Shown here: in pieces, positions 49,391 to 63,608 of the stretch
How positions within the stretch are numbered: position 1 is the stretch's first letter
Layout: each line of letters starts with the position of its first letter
Source: Microthyrium microscopicum
Taxonomy: Eukaryota
DNA length: 64,000 nucleotides
Direction of reading: 5' to 3'
NCBI GenBank assembly: GCA_010405405.1
Contig: MU004233.1
Coordinates: forward strand, 1,377,122 to 1,441,121
Made by a program: the position numbers and the translations under genes
Notes under the pieces: generated by a model
The model's input: the letters and a program-made list of their open reading frames with translations, nothing else
What the model was told of the DNA's origin: nothing
Databases searched by the model: none

Positions 49391-50454
49391 GGCGCAACTC
49401 GTTGTTTTTGAGCCGCAAGATTAGAGATGAAACTGCAGCAGTATTGTTCAGTCTGGGTATGCAGTTTCTTAAGGCGAAGAAGTTAAACAAGTAAAAGTGG
49501 AAGCTGGCGGAACAGACTGGGTAGAGTTGCGTGAGTTGTACCTGCTGCCGACTTAGCGCGTTGATTTTGAGTGGCTGGAAATCATTTGAAACGGTTGGAA
49601 AGCGTCAGGGATCATGTTTGTGCATCAGCCATTTTTTTCTTGCTTGACATCAAGATGCACACACGCTTGATTCTTTTCAAGATCGACAAATCCCGCGAAG
49701 CTTGAACATAATCTTCTCTTCCTGGAGAGCTTGAGCTCGGGTTGTTTCTATGTTTGCTCGGAGAGTACTAGAAGCGTACTCCAACGACAACAAGTCAAGC
49801 TCACCCCTAACAGACTATTGATAGATCTAGAATTCAACCTGACGATACCGCTATCTTCCTATTCGTACTTTCGTATGGTCCTGGTCTCACCTACCCCTTG
49901 AACTTTTGCTGCACAATAGATGCAGTGTATCATGACTCCCCGCACTATTCACTGCTGCCTTCGAAACAACTGCCTCGTGCCAGGCCCATGTCTAAAGAGC
50001 TCCTCCAAGCTGTTTTTGAGTCTTCAATTCTATCCACGAAACAATTAGCGTTCACGGATCCCAACTCTCCTATAACATTCAGCACACCAGACTATTATCG
50101 ACCCACGACCAGGATCTTACTCGCGGAATGATCCTCTCCCCTTGCCGTGACAGGCTAGAAAGCTGCAACTGATACCGGCTAAGATCGTAGTCCTCTCCTG
50201 CAGACAGATCCTTCGATTTGTTTGGTGTATGATTGCCGAGGAGGCGACTCAAGGTCGGTGAGTCGGTGTCTATTTTTCTCAAAAGCGAGATGCATTCACC
50301 ACGATTCTAATACTTCTGCCTGCTTATCCAGTTTTATCAATTCTTTTTCTGATTTCTGTGCGTTTCAATTCTCGACAAAACTCAAATTTCGAAATTACTC
50401 TTCATTCTCATTTGACTTTCTGGAATATAGATGGAAATTTAGAGTTTGGTGATA

Positions 50455-53400
50455 ATGGCTCAGCCTTGCAATGCTCTGCAAGCTGACAAGGCTTTTGGCC
50501 CTGGCTATAGCTGTGGACAATTCGACTTCACTCTTGCCTTTGAACAGAGCATTTTTGGAATAGGAATTTCTTCATTCTTTTTGCTTCTGGTTCCTCTCAG
50601 ATTCTGGGGATTATATGGCTCCACGGTCAAATTATCGAGAAACTGGATATACTTTGTGAAAATCGTATGTAACATTCAATGATGCATAGAATCAAAGCTA
50701 AAATTTCTAGGCCTTAGCAATTGTTGTTGTCGCCCTCCAGGCTACCAATCTTGCTCTCTGGGCCAAACAGCCACTCACGCAATACTCTATTGCCACCGCA
50801 GCTCTTGAACTCTTGGGTTCATTAGCTATTGTAGCTCTCATTGCTGTAGAGCACAATCGTCTTACCAGGCCCGCCAAACTAACTTCAATCTACCTTCTGG
50901 CAACTATCACAGCGGATTTCGTAATCATTCGGACTTTGTACTTGCGGAATTATGTGCCGACTCTTGCAGCAGTCCTCTGCGCCACTGCGGCCGTCAAGTT
51001 CGTCTTGCTCGTATTTGAATCGTTACCCAAGACTCCGTATTTGATTGAACCTAATCGACCATACGGAAAGGTGGATCTCGCAGGCCCATTCAACAAAGGT
51101 CTTTTGTTCTGGCTCAATCCACTCTTGGTTCTTGGAAATCGTCAGATATTGACACTTCAGGATTTGTATCCCTTAAACCATGAGCTATACTCCGACGAAC
51201 TGCGCGTACGTATGGAGGCAGCATGGGAGAAGAGTAAGCATACATAATTTCCACTAGTCAACCCTTTTCTAATGACCATTTTCAGACAAGCATAGACCGT
51301 CATATCCGTTGGTAGTGGCCGGCATGACTGCCTTGAAATGGCCTCTCTTAGCCACTGTGATCCCAAGGGCTGCTATGATAGCAATAAGTTATGCGCAGAC
51401 TTTTTTCATCACCGCTGCAATCAACTACCTAGAGACTCCACCAGCATTACGCAACGTCAACCATGCATATGGTCTAATTGGAGCTGCTGCTATTATCTAT
51501 ACCGGCACGGCTGTAAGTTAATCATGCTGAGCTGAGATGTCAAATTTTAACGGAAGAAAGATTCTGAACGCCAACTATCTCTACAAAGTGTTCAGAATGA
51601 TCACCATGTTCCGAGGCTCCACTGCCTCTTTGATCTATCTCAAAGCTCTGTCAGCAGATGCCAACCACAACCAAATGGCTGCGGTCACTCTCATGTCCAC
51701 CGACATAGACCGCATAGGTACACCGGTTCCTCCCATCTCTGATTTGACCCAAGCTAACCCCAACGTTTAGCAATGAGTTTAATTCAGGTCACAGAACTAT
51801 GGGCCCAAGTCACTCAAATTGCCCTTGGTATCTGGCTTCTCTGGAGACAACTAGGCCCAGTCGCAATCGCTCCTACCATTATCGCCGTTCTGTGCTTCAT
51901 AGGTCAATCCCAGCTTGCCAAACGCATGGGCCCTAACCAAGGAGAATGGGTCAAGTCCGTTCAGCGCAGAGTTGGTGTTACTTCATCTGTTCTTCGCTCG
52001 ATGAAGTCCGTTAAGCTGGCTGGTCTTGCGTCAAGTATGGGTAAACTCTTGCAAGAAGAAAGAGTTCGAGAACTTTCTAAAGCCCTGAAATTTCGAAGAC
52101 TTTTGGTTTTCACTAATGCAGTTTGTTCGTAACCCCCAAGCTTTTGGCTATACCATGCTAATGAAGTACAGCGAGTTTACCGACATTGATCGCATCATTG
52201 GTTGTTTTTGCTGCTTTCTCTATTCAGGCTAAAATCCAACATACCGCTCCCCTCGGAACAGCTCAAGCATTCACTTCACTGTCCATTCTGGCCCTATTGA
52301 CGCAGCCTGCTATGATGTTACTCATGTCTCTACCTCAAGTCGCCGCAGCCACTGGCTGCATCAAGCGAGTGCAGAACTTCCTCAAAGCCGAAGGTTTCGA
52401 AGACCAAAGATTGCTATCATCATCTGGCAGTGACCATCCAGGCTCCACCGACGAGAAAGATTCGAGCCACGGAAAAGATTACAACGAGAAAGAGCAGCCC
52501 AAGCTGTCTGTAGTAACTTCTTCAGACAAGGTTGTCTCAGTCAACGAGTTGGTCATTGCACCTTCCACCGACAAAGACTCCATCTCTCGGCCTCCAATCT
52601 CCTTTGACGCTGCAAAGGGAACCACCACCATGATTCTAGGACCTGTGGGATGCGGTAAATCAACGCTACTTAAAGCTCTGTTGGGTGAACTCAATCCAAA
52701 AAGTGGATCGGTTGGAATTAACACGCCCTTCGTCGGATATTGCTCTCAGTCTCCTTGGCTACAGAATGCTACGATCCGGCAGAATATCATTGGAGCCAAC
52801 GAATTTGACAGAGACTGGTATCGCACTATTGTCCATCTATGTGCCTTGGAAGAAGATCTCGCCCAAATGCCACAGAAAGATTTGTCTCTTATTGGTAGTC
52901 GTGGAATCACCTTAAGTGGTGGCCAAAAGCACAGAGTGGTGAGTTTAAGCCCCAAGACTCCTGTCGCATAACTTGCTAACACCGGAATCAGGCTCTTGCC
53001 AGAGCTTTATACTCCCGCTGCTCTGTTCTTGTTCTTGATGATTTCCTCAGCAGTATTGACCGCAAGACTCAACGATTCATTGTTCACGCGCTCTTCTCCA
53101 AAGACGGTTATGCTTACAAGCAAGGAACCACTATCATACTCGCGACACATATCAGTTAGTGTCCTTAAAACCCATGCTACACATTCACTGACCGTTTATA
53201 GCCGCATACGTTCATCTAGCAGACAGTCTCGTGGTAATGGACGAAAAGGGAGTACTAACATACACTGGCCCACCAGCAAACTGGGAATCCGATAACAAAA
53301 ATGGAACTACCGACAAAGAAGAAGATCCACACAAGTCTTTGACCACGCTCGAACCGGAAGATTATGAAGAAGATTTCGGTGACAAGGAGATCAAATCGAA

Positions 53401-55365
53401 GTTTGATGATAATATCGAGACCACGAACCGGCAAAAAGGTGACTTTGGTGTCTGGAAGTATTACGGAAACTCGATTGGTTGGCCTTATATTCTCTTCACT
53501 GGTATCTGTATTTGCATCAATGTCTTTGGCAACAATTTCCAGAGTAAGTCTACCAAGTCCTGCTGTCTTCGAGGATGCTAATACCATTGTCAGAGCTGTG
53601 GTTACAGTGGAATACTGGTAAAGCGGATCCCTCGCTTGGATTGTTCTTGGGCATCTACGGCATGTTTGTGGTGATCACTTTCATCTTCCAAGTGCTCATG
53701 TTTGGGTAAGTTGATGACCATATAATTGAACACAGCAGCCAGTACTGACGATATTTCAGCATGGTCTTCCTCTTCATGACCCCGAGATCTGCAATCAAGC
53801 TACACGGAGTCCTCGTAAAAGCCACCGTCAAAGCCCCCATGTCCTTCTTCGAACAAGTCGACTCCAGTGTTCTTCTCAACCGCTTCAGTCAAGACATGAG
53901 TCTCATCGACTTTCAACTCCCTCTAGCCAGCTTCATGGTCTTTCTTCGTAAGCATACAGCTCCCCTCCGTCTCTAGTGTTTCTGCTAATTAGTCTTAGAA
54001 TTGGCAAACTGCATCATGGCCATCGGTCTGATTTCCACCGGTTCAGCTTACATGGCCGCCACCATCCCCGTCGCCGTTGTAGCCCTCTACTGCATCCAGA
54101 AGTTCTACCTCCACACATCCCGCCAAGTCCGACTTCTCGATCTTGAGACCAAGACACCATTATATCAACATTTCACCGAAACTCTCGAGGGTGTCGCCAC
54201 AATCCGCGCATTTGGCTGGCAACGCATCTTTGATAAAACGGCATTACGCAAGCTCGATGACAGCCAACGTCCGTACTTCCTGCTTTACTGCATTCAACGA
54301 TGGCTTTCCCTCGTTCTCGGTCTGCTTGTTGCCGGTATCGGTATCATTCTCATAGGACTGGCACTATGTGTACCACAAAAATCAAGCGGTGGTGCCCTTG
54401 GTGTCGCGTTGACGAGTATTTTGGCGTTCAACCAGAGTTTGACCATGTTGATCTCGAGTTGGACAGATGCAGAGACAAGTCTGGGAAGTGTAGCACGAAC
54501 AGCCTCATTTGAGAAAAGCACTCCCGTCGAAGAAGAGCCAGAAGATCCACTCGAGCCAGACCTAAGCTGGCCAGATGGAGCAGTCGACGTGTCTGGCGTT
54601 GGCTTCGCCTACAAGTAAGTTCCCTCATACTACAATCCATGTCACAACACTAACAAGTATCCAAGGGATGGCACAACCGCCCTAAAAAACGTCAGCTTCC
54701 AAGTCGCCCGCGGCCAAAAGTTCGGCGTCGTCGGCCGCACAGGAAGCGGCAAATCCACTCTCCTCTCCTCCTTCCTCCGCCTCATCGATCCCGAATCCGG
54801 CACCATCACCATTGACGGCATCGACATCAGCCGTGTAGACCGCAACGTCGTCCGCGACCGCCTAATCTGTCTCCCTCAAGACGCGCTAGTATTCCCAGGT
54901 ACATTCCGCTTCAACCTCGATCCCGAAGACCGCTCCAACGATCCCGTCGCCATGGCCGAAGTGCTCAAGAGCGTTCGTCTCTGGACACTTGTCGAAAAGC
55001 GCGGTGGGTTGGACGCCGATCTCAAACCTGAATCGTTGAGTCATGGCGAACAGCAGCTTTTGGCGCTAGCAAGAGCGATTCTGAGGAAACAGATTGCGAA
55101 GGGCAAATGTATTTTGATTCTGGATGAGGCGACGAGTAATTTGGATGAGGCGAGTGAGGTTATTGTGCAGAAGGTCATCAATGAGGAATTCAAGGATATT
55201 ACGGTTATCACGGTAGCGCATAGACTGGATACGATTAAGGAGGCTGATGCGGTGCTTATGCTTGATAAGGGTGAGGTGGTTAGAGTTGGACCGCCCAAGG
55301 AAATCTGGGGTCTGATGGGGATTAATCATAGCGAGGAGTCGACAGAGACTGAGATTAAGGCTTGA
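50455..55365 (+). CDS. ABCC/MRP-type full-length ABC transporter, multi-exon
   Basis: FDFTLAFEQSIF N-terminal TMD0; NBD1 GPVGCGKST and LSGGQKHR; NBD2 GRTGSGKST, LSHGEQQL and ILDEATS. Confidence 0.93.
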
Positions 55366-55609
55366 TAGGGTGGGTCGGGAAGTCTCGGATGAGTCTTGGG
55401 GTTCTTTGCTTCGATTTTACTTGTTTGATAGACCTGATTCTTCCAGTACTATGCTGGCTTTCAATCACATACATAAGTCTGAACTTATATCGCGCATGCT
55501 TTCACAGGTCAAGGTTGATCATATTTCGAGCAAACTACCAAGCAAGAACATATCGTTGAGATATCTCCAGATTTCAGTACGAGTGTGCAAAATCCCAGAG
55601 AATTGCCCT

Positions 55610-56470
55610 TCACAACCTCAACACGAATTTGGGATCGAAATTCTTCCCATTCTTCTTTGACTCTGCCTCGGATGGCCTGCTCTCCACCGCAGGGAGCACA
55701 TATCCTCTCTGATTGCTCACAACTCTGACTCCAGCCTTAACGAACCCAGTCGAATAATGCGTATGACCATACACCCAAGCCTGCACACCAGGCCAATCTC
55801 CCTTGCGCTCCAGAAGATCTGTTGCAAACGCCGAATGCCAAGGACTACCTTCGAATCGTGGCTCAGACGTACCCGATGTACAAGCAGCGTGATGTGTGAC
55901 GATAAGTATACGTCGCTGCGGACTCTCTTCTTGAAGTTTAGAAACCTGCTCCTTCAACCAGCTGAGATCCTTCTGATGTTCCGCATTATGACTGCCAACT
56001 GTCCAGTCATTAATCCGTCGAAAGTCGTTGACCTTCGATCGCACAACATTCTTCGCCTCATCCGGAATCTGTGACCAAAGCGTACATCCCAAGACAGTGA
56101 TATTAGGCTCCGGAAGGTCAAATCTCCTCCGATAAAGCACTATCAATTTGCCATCGAACTCGCTCTCCAATCGCATAGCAATCTCTAGACTTTTCGAGTG
56201 AGATAGACCATAGAATTCATGGTTCCCCAGCACCCACAACACCTTCTCGTACCTGACAATTTGAACAGTGAAGAACGCGCGCATAGCATCTTCATCAACT
56301 AGTCGGCCGATATCACCAGCCAGAATGAGGATTGGTGCTGTAACTGGGAAGGAGAAAGAGGTGTATTGGTTGCCCACTTCAAGATGGAGATCTGAGAGGA
56401 CCTGAAACGTGATCTTTGGACAAGAAGCACGTGGTGAGAGGAGAGATTTGATAGAGTTGAGGAACGCCAT
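55610..56470 (-). CDS. Calcineurin-like metallophosphoesterase
   Basis: SDLHLE, LAGDIG, LGNHEFY, VTHHA and YGHTH motifs. Confidence 0.9.
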   Translation of the reverse strand: MAFLNSIKSLLSPRASCPKITFQVLSDLHLEVGNQYTSFSFPVTAPILILAGDIGRLVDEDAMRAFFTVQIVRYEKVLWVLGNHEFYGLSHSKSLEIAMRLESEFDGKLIVLYRRRFDLPEPNITVLGCTLWSQIPDEAKNVVRSKVNDFRRINDWTVGSHNAEHQKDLSWLKEQVSKLQEESPQRRILIVTHHAACTSGTSEPRFEGSPWHSAFATDLLERKGDWPGVQAWVYGHTHYSTGFVKAGVRVVSNQRGYVLPAVESRPSEAESKKNGKNFDPKFVLRL

Positions 56471-57115
56471 ATTGGAGCCGTCTCGTATGCGACGCTGTCA
56501 GTGCTAAGTTGCAAAGACACGCGATGGTACTTGAGCGTAAGAAAGAGCAGTGCAACAATTGGAGAATATGTCATCCCGCCAAAAAAACACAGAATGAAAG
56601 AGTGAAGTTGAAGCCTTCATGCGCCGCACTCCTCTCCTCTCAGCGCCAGTCTCCAGAAACCCTCCAAAACCACCCTCAGACAATTCCAAATTTGACAAAA
56701 CTCACCTGATTTGGCTGTATTTAATACCCAAAAAAAAGGAATGGCTTCGAGATATGATCAATTATACTAATATATATACTCTACGAAGCAATTTTTGATA
56801 TGGGCTAGGAGCAGTGAAAATGTTGAACGGGACATCTCTTCAAAGGAGATTCCAAGTCTTTGCTTTGATTAGTCTGAATAAGAGACATAAACAATTGAAA
56901 AAAATGCTAGGTATATCATCATTCGCAAACCCGCTATTCTATCAATACTCTACGAAGTACACAAACAAGTCATAGCCTCATAATCGTTCATCTCATTCAT
57001 CACCGCCCAAACGCAACCAAAGCAGCAATTCAACGCAGCAAGCCAGGTAGCTGTACAACAAGCTCATCAATTAAACAATATTCACTTCATCCGCTTCATC
57101 CACGTCCTATATCCC

Positions 57116-60100
57116 TTAATCATCCCACTCCCTCCGCCGTCTAGGAACCTTCATTCCACTACTTCGTCTTCTCCTACCACCGCCTCCACCACCGCTAGGT
57201 CCGCTACCACCACTCTCACCCAAGCCTAGAAAATCATCTAGCACGGTATTGAACTTCTGTCCTGCTCCGTTGTTTCCACGAAGGAAGCTTTCTACTGCGT
57301 CGGCCATACTATCTTTGCGCGCCTCCTTCCGGGGTCTACCATCGTCATCGAAGCGTGCTGGTAGGTCGACCGTCTCGTCGGATCCATCAGAGGCTGGACT
57401 AGAGTCCCGTCGTCCAGAGCGCCGACGCGTACGTGGAGAGTGTCGAGATGTGGGTCGCTCGAGCTCAGAGTCACTGAAGGATTGTGGCGGGTCGGACGTT
57501 TGCGGTGGATCGTTTGTGAATTGGACAGATTTGCGCGCAGATTGACTGGATATATTTGACGCTGCGAGGTTTGGTGGTGGAGGAGAGAGTGCGGTTGGTG
57601 TTGCTGGAGAGGACGCACGAGGAGTGTCGTTCGTTGGGTTTACACGATCTACAAGGTAACATAATTAGTACTGAGTATGAAGAGGGACAGAAATGTTCAG
57701 AGGCAGTTGGAATGTGTAGATGCGACTTCTTCAACTTCCCCGAACAATGTGTCTGGGAAGCAACATACCGGTCGCAAATGCGGACCGCTGGGCGGTCGCT
57801 GTAGGCTCACTACTCACATTTTCGGGCCTATCTCTACTACGACTGCGACTGTGTCGTCTCCGATCATCCCGACCGCGGTCGTCTTGAACATCGCGGTGGG
57901 TGGGGTAGTGCTCGGTTTGAGATTGGTAGTAGTGTTCCTCGGGAGGAAGAGTTGGACCGGTAGTAGGACCGTATTCTGCTGGGTTGTATGGACGAGGTGC
58001 TGCAGCTGGGTCATAGCCTGTCTGAGGCGGTGGCGCGTAGCCAGGACCTGGAGGAGCATATTCTCCTGGAGGTGGCGGTGGTGGGAATGAGTTGGTTGCT
58101 GGGTAGTATGAGTCGTTAGTGTCCGTGTAAGACGCTGTTGAGTCAGGACGGTCATGTCCATTGGCTTTTCTCTCTGCATGGAGTTAGTGATGAGCTATCT
58201 AGCATCATGCGCGGCAACTTACCACGTTCTTCTTTCTGGGCCCGGCGCTTTTCGCGACGTCTACTAGCTTCACGAGCGGCGAGACCAAGAGCTCCGGCTG
58301 CGGCGGCGGCACCGATGACACTTCTGCTTCTACTTCGGCTCCGGCTTCTACTCTTGCTTCCATGACGATGACCTTCAGGTTCGGGATCAGACTCGGCTCC
58401 ACGATGGAACAATCTGCCACGGCTTGTTGATCTGCTCGAACGTCGGCGACTATGGCCACGACCCTCACCTTCTGTATAGATGGGATCGTCACCATATTCT
58501 ACCATGGCCGCATCATCATCGTCACGGCGTCGCGATAGAGGAGGAGCAGAGCGCGATCTAGAGCGGGAACGAGATCGAGAAAGTGATCTAGCTTTTTCTT
58601 CCTTCTTTTTCTCTCTGTTACCTTTGAAGCGTTCAAAGAGGCCAGCGGCCGCGGCAGTACCGAGACCAGCAGCAACAATTGGAACACCTTCACGAGCCCG
58701 GCTCTTGCTCCTATTTCTAGAGCCAGACTTGTCTTTAGATCGACTACGAGCTTGGTTGAGAGCTGCGAGACTAGCTCCTACAAGACCGGCCTGCGCGACG
58801 CGATTGTTTGAATGGCTTCGGCGTTTCGAATCCGCGCGTTTTTCATCAACTTCCTCCTCTTCCTCGACAACAGTGGTAGAGTCTCGTCGACGTCTAGATC
58901 TACTACGTCGTGGACGATCTTCAATCACAGTTGTCTTCTCGACTACCTTTTTGTCCTTGCTCTTTTTCACGGCATAGGCAGCGCCACCAATAGCCGCAAG
59001 GGCTGCAGCACCAGCAAGAAGTTGCTCACCACGAGACATGGATCGTCCACGACCCTTGCGGCCATGTCTAGAACGAGAACGTGATCTAGAGCGAGATCGA
59101 TCTTGATAGTCCTTGAATCTTGTAAGAGCCTCCGCACCAATGGCACCAAGAGCACCGTAGCCAGCAAGAGCACCAACGCGCGAGCCAGGTTCCTCACCTT
59201 GCTTTTTGCGATTGTGATGCATGACAGCTCCAGCAACGGCACCACCCACTGCACCTTCTAAAAGACGTCTTCGATGTCTGGAAGGATCGCGTTCCTCACC
59301 TCGATCATATTCTCGTACAGTTCGGCGATACTCTACATCATCATCGCTGTAATAATCCTTTCTCTCGCCACGTTTAGATTTGGATCGGCGGTGCTCTTTT
59401 TCTTCCTCATAATAATCGCGTCTACGTCGGCCAGGTTTTTCTCGTCGTACATGGCGCTCGTAATAGTAATCATCCTCCGGTTCACGGCGAGCCATTTGAC
59501 GTTCGACTGGACGTTCAATTAGTTGATACTGCGGTTCTCGCGGTTCTGGCTGAATCCATTCGTTTCGAACGACAATCTCGCGTGGTGAACCAGATTCTCG
59601 AATGATGATTGGCTGAGGAGCAGGTGCAGGATCCGATTTGATGTAGATAGGAACCGGTTCTGGGCGAGAAAAATACTCAGTCGACTTGGAGTAGCGTTCC
59701 AGAGTGTATGGACTTTCAGGTTTTAGTCGTTCAATCTCTTTTTCTTTCTGAATTTCGATTTGTCGCTTTGATATACGCGATCGTGGAGAGCTTGACCGGC
59801 TTGAAGATCTTGAGCGAGCACGTGTTTCTGTGATGCGAATTTCTTCTACCTCTGCAGCAGGATGGTGAGAATGGCGCGAGCGAGCCACACTAGGGGGTCT
59901 GCTGTTTCCATGAGTCTCGGTGATACGAATTTCTTCCACCTCCGCAGCAGGATGATGAGAAGGATGATGAGATGCCTTTGAACGATGAGAACGATGAGAT
60001 TGGCGATCCCAATCATCGCGATCCACGTAACGGCGGATTTCGACTTTATCCGTCTCAACCTCTTCTCTACGTGGACCATGATCGCTTGAGCGGCGAATCT

Positions 60101-60746
60101 CAATTGTTTCCTTCTCGGGCTCATCATGATGGTGTGAGCCTCGGTCGTGATCTACATGTCGAATCTCAATAGTCTCTTTCTCGATATCATCATGATGATG
60201 GCTTCCCCGGTGGCTACCAGCTTTATCAGTTCGTCGAATCTCAATCACATCCTTCTCAATTTCGTCGGGATGATGGCTGCTTCGATCCGCATGTCGAATC
60301 TCAATGCGCTCAGTATCGACCTCGTCTCTTCGCGGTTTCTGTTCGCTAAATCGACGAACCTCAACACGATCCTCTATGACCTCCTCTTGTCGAGAATGTC
60401 GGTCTGACCCGTCGTAGCGGCGAATGACTATCCGATCGTCGTCAACGTCATTGTAGTGCGAGTCGTTGTAATGGGAGTCGTTGTAATGAGAACGGCGATC
60501 GCTTCGGCCATCATAGCCGCGACGAAAGCTAATGCGATCGTCTTCTATGGTTTCTTCATGACGGTGTCGTCGCGGAGCGCGGTCTTCGAGAATGATGCGA
60601 TCGACTTCTTCGGCGACTTCGCGATGATCGTCATCATCTGTATTGTATCGGTAGCGGCGCACTTTTCGAACTACTCTGGGACGGCTAGAAGAGTGTACCG
60701 AGTCAACTTCTTCCCAGTCGCGCTCTTTGACGAGGATATGTGACAT
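57116..60746 (-). CDS. Large disordered Arg/Ser/His-rich protein (DUF3824-like); introns 58174-58222, 57649-57768
   Basis: RSRSRS tracts alternate with Gly/Ala-rich helices (GAVGGAVAG, AAGLGTAAAAGLFE). A PPPP/YNPAEY exon and a SDETVDLPARFDDDGR C-terminal motif follow. The spliced frame is continuous. Confidence 0.8.
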
Positions 60747-62709
60747 GGCGCAAACTGAGTAGGGTATGTTAGGGATAAGTTGATGGGATGAAAAGGTAAA
60801 CGGACTTGGATAGAGTTGAGGCGGGGAGAATGAAGTGAGAAGAAGGTTGGGTGGGTAGGAGGGTGAAGCGGGCTGTGCCGTGGATGATGGTAACCCTGTA
60901 AATGAAGGCGATCACAAGACCTTGTTTGACTTGGTGGTGATAAATGTCCTACTTGAGAGGACTGGATGGGGTTGCCTGATGATGGTATCTCAAAAAGGTA
61001 TGCGCTGGCGACAGAACAGTTTGCGACAGGAAAGCAGTTGGGAGGATAGATTAGCGAGCCCTCGATAGTTGAAGATTGGAGGAGGATGTATGGCAGTATG
61101 GCGGCCTCAGGTCAACGACTGAAAAGTGGTCCAGGCGATGAAAAACAAGAGTTGTGCGCCAGACCCAGGGAATTGTGGAAGTAGGTTGTCTTAGGTGGAA
61201 TTAACGAAGAGATTGGTGTACGTAGGAATAGAGGTTGAGGAAATGTTTGGTGAGGGTGTGGTGGTGAGTCTAGGGAAGGAACGGGCGGGATGGGAGGCTG
61301 GAAGGAAGGAAGGCACGAAGGTTGACAGGTGGATAGTGGAGGAAGGAGTGATGGAGTGATGGAGGGGCATATGATACAGCCTGATCAGAAATGTTTCTAC
61401 GGTGACAAGGTATATCTTTAGCTTTGTATGCTTTTACTGTGCAATATGCAGAGAGTAGAAGGGTGTGGTAAGTTGTTGTTATCCTTGACTTGCTCCTTCA
61501 AGCAGGGAACATGCTGCCAAAAAAATGGCTGATAGGTGTTTACGTCATTTTCTCCAAAGTACCTACCTCAGGCTGAGGCTCCAAAGGAGTCACTCTCCGA
61601 AGAATTGTATCACCAACATCATTTGGAACATACTTTTATCACTCCCCTATACAACAGCCTGATTGAACTACTAGAATCTTCGCTCTGGATATGACTACTG
61701 GACTTGGTTTAACGCTTGGGAAGCACGACATGGTACATCCGCTCCCATCCCTTAGCCTTCCTAACCACGCTTCCGCCGGTCAAAATCTTCATTGGTGTCC
61801 GGTCTAGCTGTTCACCAATGACTATATCCTCCCTACATTAACTTTAACCTCTAGCTCCGGGGTCTACTCAAGTTGTGATGACCGCTGTGGTATCACCTCT
61901 TGAGTTGCTCGACAGTCAACAGCGGACTATCTCTCCAAACTCATCCAGTAGACTTATACTCAGATCGCCATCATATTATGCTGGACTACGCACATCTCCA
62001 TCTCGAATTTCTCGTACAATCATCAATCTCGAAGAAGCCGGGTAACTACGGCGTCATTCCCAACATCCATGTATCCGTAAACGTACCCGTGAATGTGCCT
62101 GCTACCCGTAGCGTACCAAGTCAAATCCATTGGAATCGTTCCACGTGCAATACCCGAGAGAATGCACCTCTATAATTTAGGTTTCCGCCAAATTCTATCT
62201 CAGCCAAAGAACTCAGGCTGTAATTGTATGTTGATCCTTCAGCAATGATAGAATGCCATCTAATGCCCGTGATTTGCATCATGACGGCTTGCAGCCATTA
62301 TCAGATCTTATGAAAAATCGACAAGACTCACGACAGTTCAAATACCACGTCTCTGATCCTCCTGAAAATAACAGTGATTTTTCTTCCCCTAAAGGAGTAT
62401 GCAAAAAGCAAGCACGCTCCTATCACAGAGTTGGCTTGAGTTAGAACATTGTGAGGCGTCACAGAGCAGAAGCATTAGGTAGAATCTCTTAGAAAACGGA
62501 AGTACCCCTCTCCAGATCAGATCATGAGATCAATGTTGTTCCAACTAGTAGTTCTCCAACCCCTTTTATTAAACCTTAGATATAAGTTTTAGCAAATCTC
62601 CCACAATTTGCAAATCGTTTCAATCACTCTTCGAAAGAGACTCAAGGGCAGTTCCAACTGAACTACTGTCTTCGCGCTATTGAGTGTTGTCACTCAAACT
62701 TATACAGCC

Positions 62710-63608
62710 ATGTCCTCTAGTCCTGCTCTAGTCACTCCAAGCAAAGCCGACAAGAGGAAGCGCAGATCATCAACCTCTGAGCCTGAAGATTCCCCAATTC
62801 CTTCCAGCAAAAAAGCTAAATCTCCAGTGAAAGCAACGCCAACTCTATCTCCGGAAGAACAAGAGGCATATCGAGAATATGCGGAATACCAGGCCACTTG
62901 GGTAGACAGGTCAGATATAGAGCAAATGCTTACACCCGTTGACCAGGGCAACAGAACTGATTGGAGTGTATGGATATTTAACAATCAATGTAAACCTAAC
63001 ACTCGTTTCCCACCCACACTTGAAGAGATTCACAGAACTGAGGGTAAGCAAAGCGATACGCTACAAACAATTAGCTGACAAGGAGACACAGCAAAAGATT
63101 TCTACGAACTCAGGCAGGACGAGCTAGATACGCTGCCCCACAAGACATTTCAGACTCGCTACGACCCAAATAAGCCAGGCTGGGCATATTGTCATTTCGA
63201 TGTATTGCGTTTAGTCTATCGGAAGGAGGCTATGTGCGCGGGCGTACATAGGGAAGAGGGTTATGACCCTTCACAGCTTCTTCGCCGGGGAAAAGCTTTA
63301 TATATTAAGCGGTGAGTTTGATCATAATACACGCTGTGATATGGAATATCTAATAGCTATTTAGTCGAAAGAAGATGGCCAAAACTACGCGGTTACCCAA
63401 GTCCCCTAAGGTCTGGCGAAAGGTGAGCGGGAACATTAATCAAGGCCTGAGAAGTCAGAGGCTGCGGTACATGATTCTAGTCTTGTGGCTGAGATTGCGT
63501 GTGGGAAACACAGGAATCGATTTATGCAGGAACAAGAAGGGGAATGAAGTGGATGGTTTGAGAATCGCGGAAAGCGAGGTACTTCATACGGATCACTGGA
63601 TAATGTGA
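62710..63608 (+). CDS. Hypothetical protein (NLS-like KRKRR; TEAKDFYELRQDELDTLP segment); introns 63044-63091 and about 63312-63364; 3' end uncertain
   Basis: Donors gtaagc and gtgagt with branch sites join open frames; TATAAG at about 62581. Confidence 0.55.
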
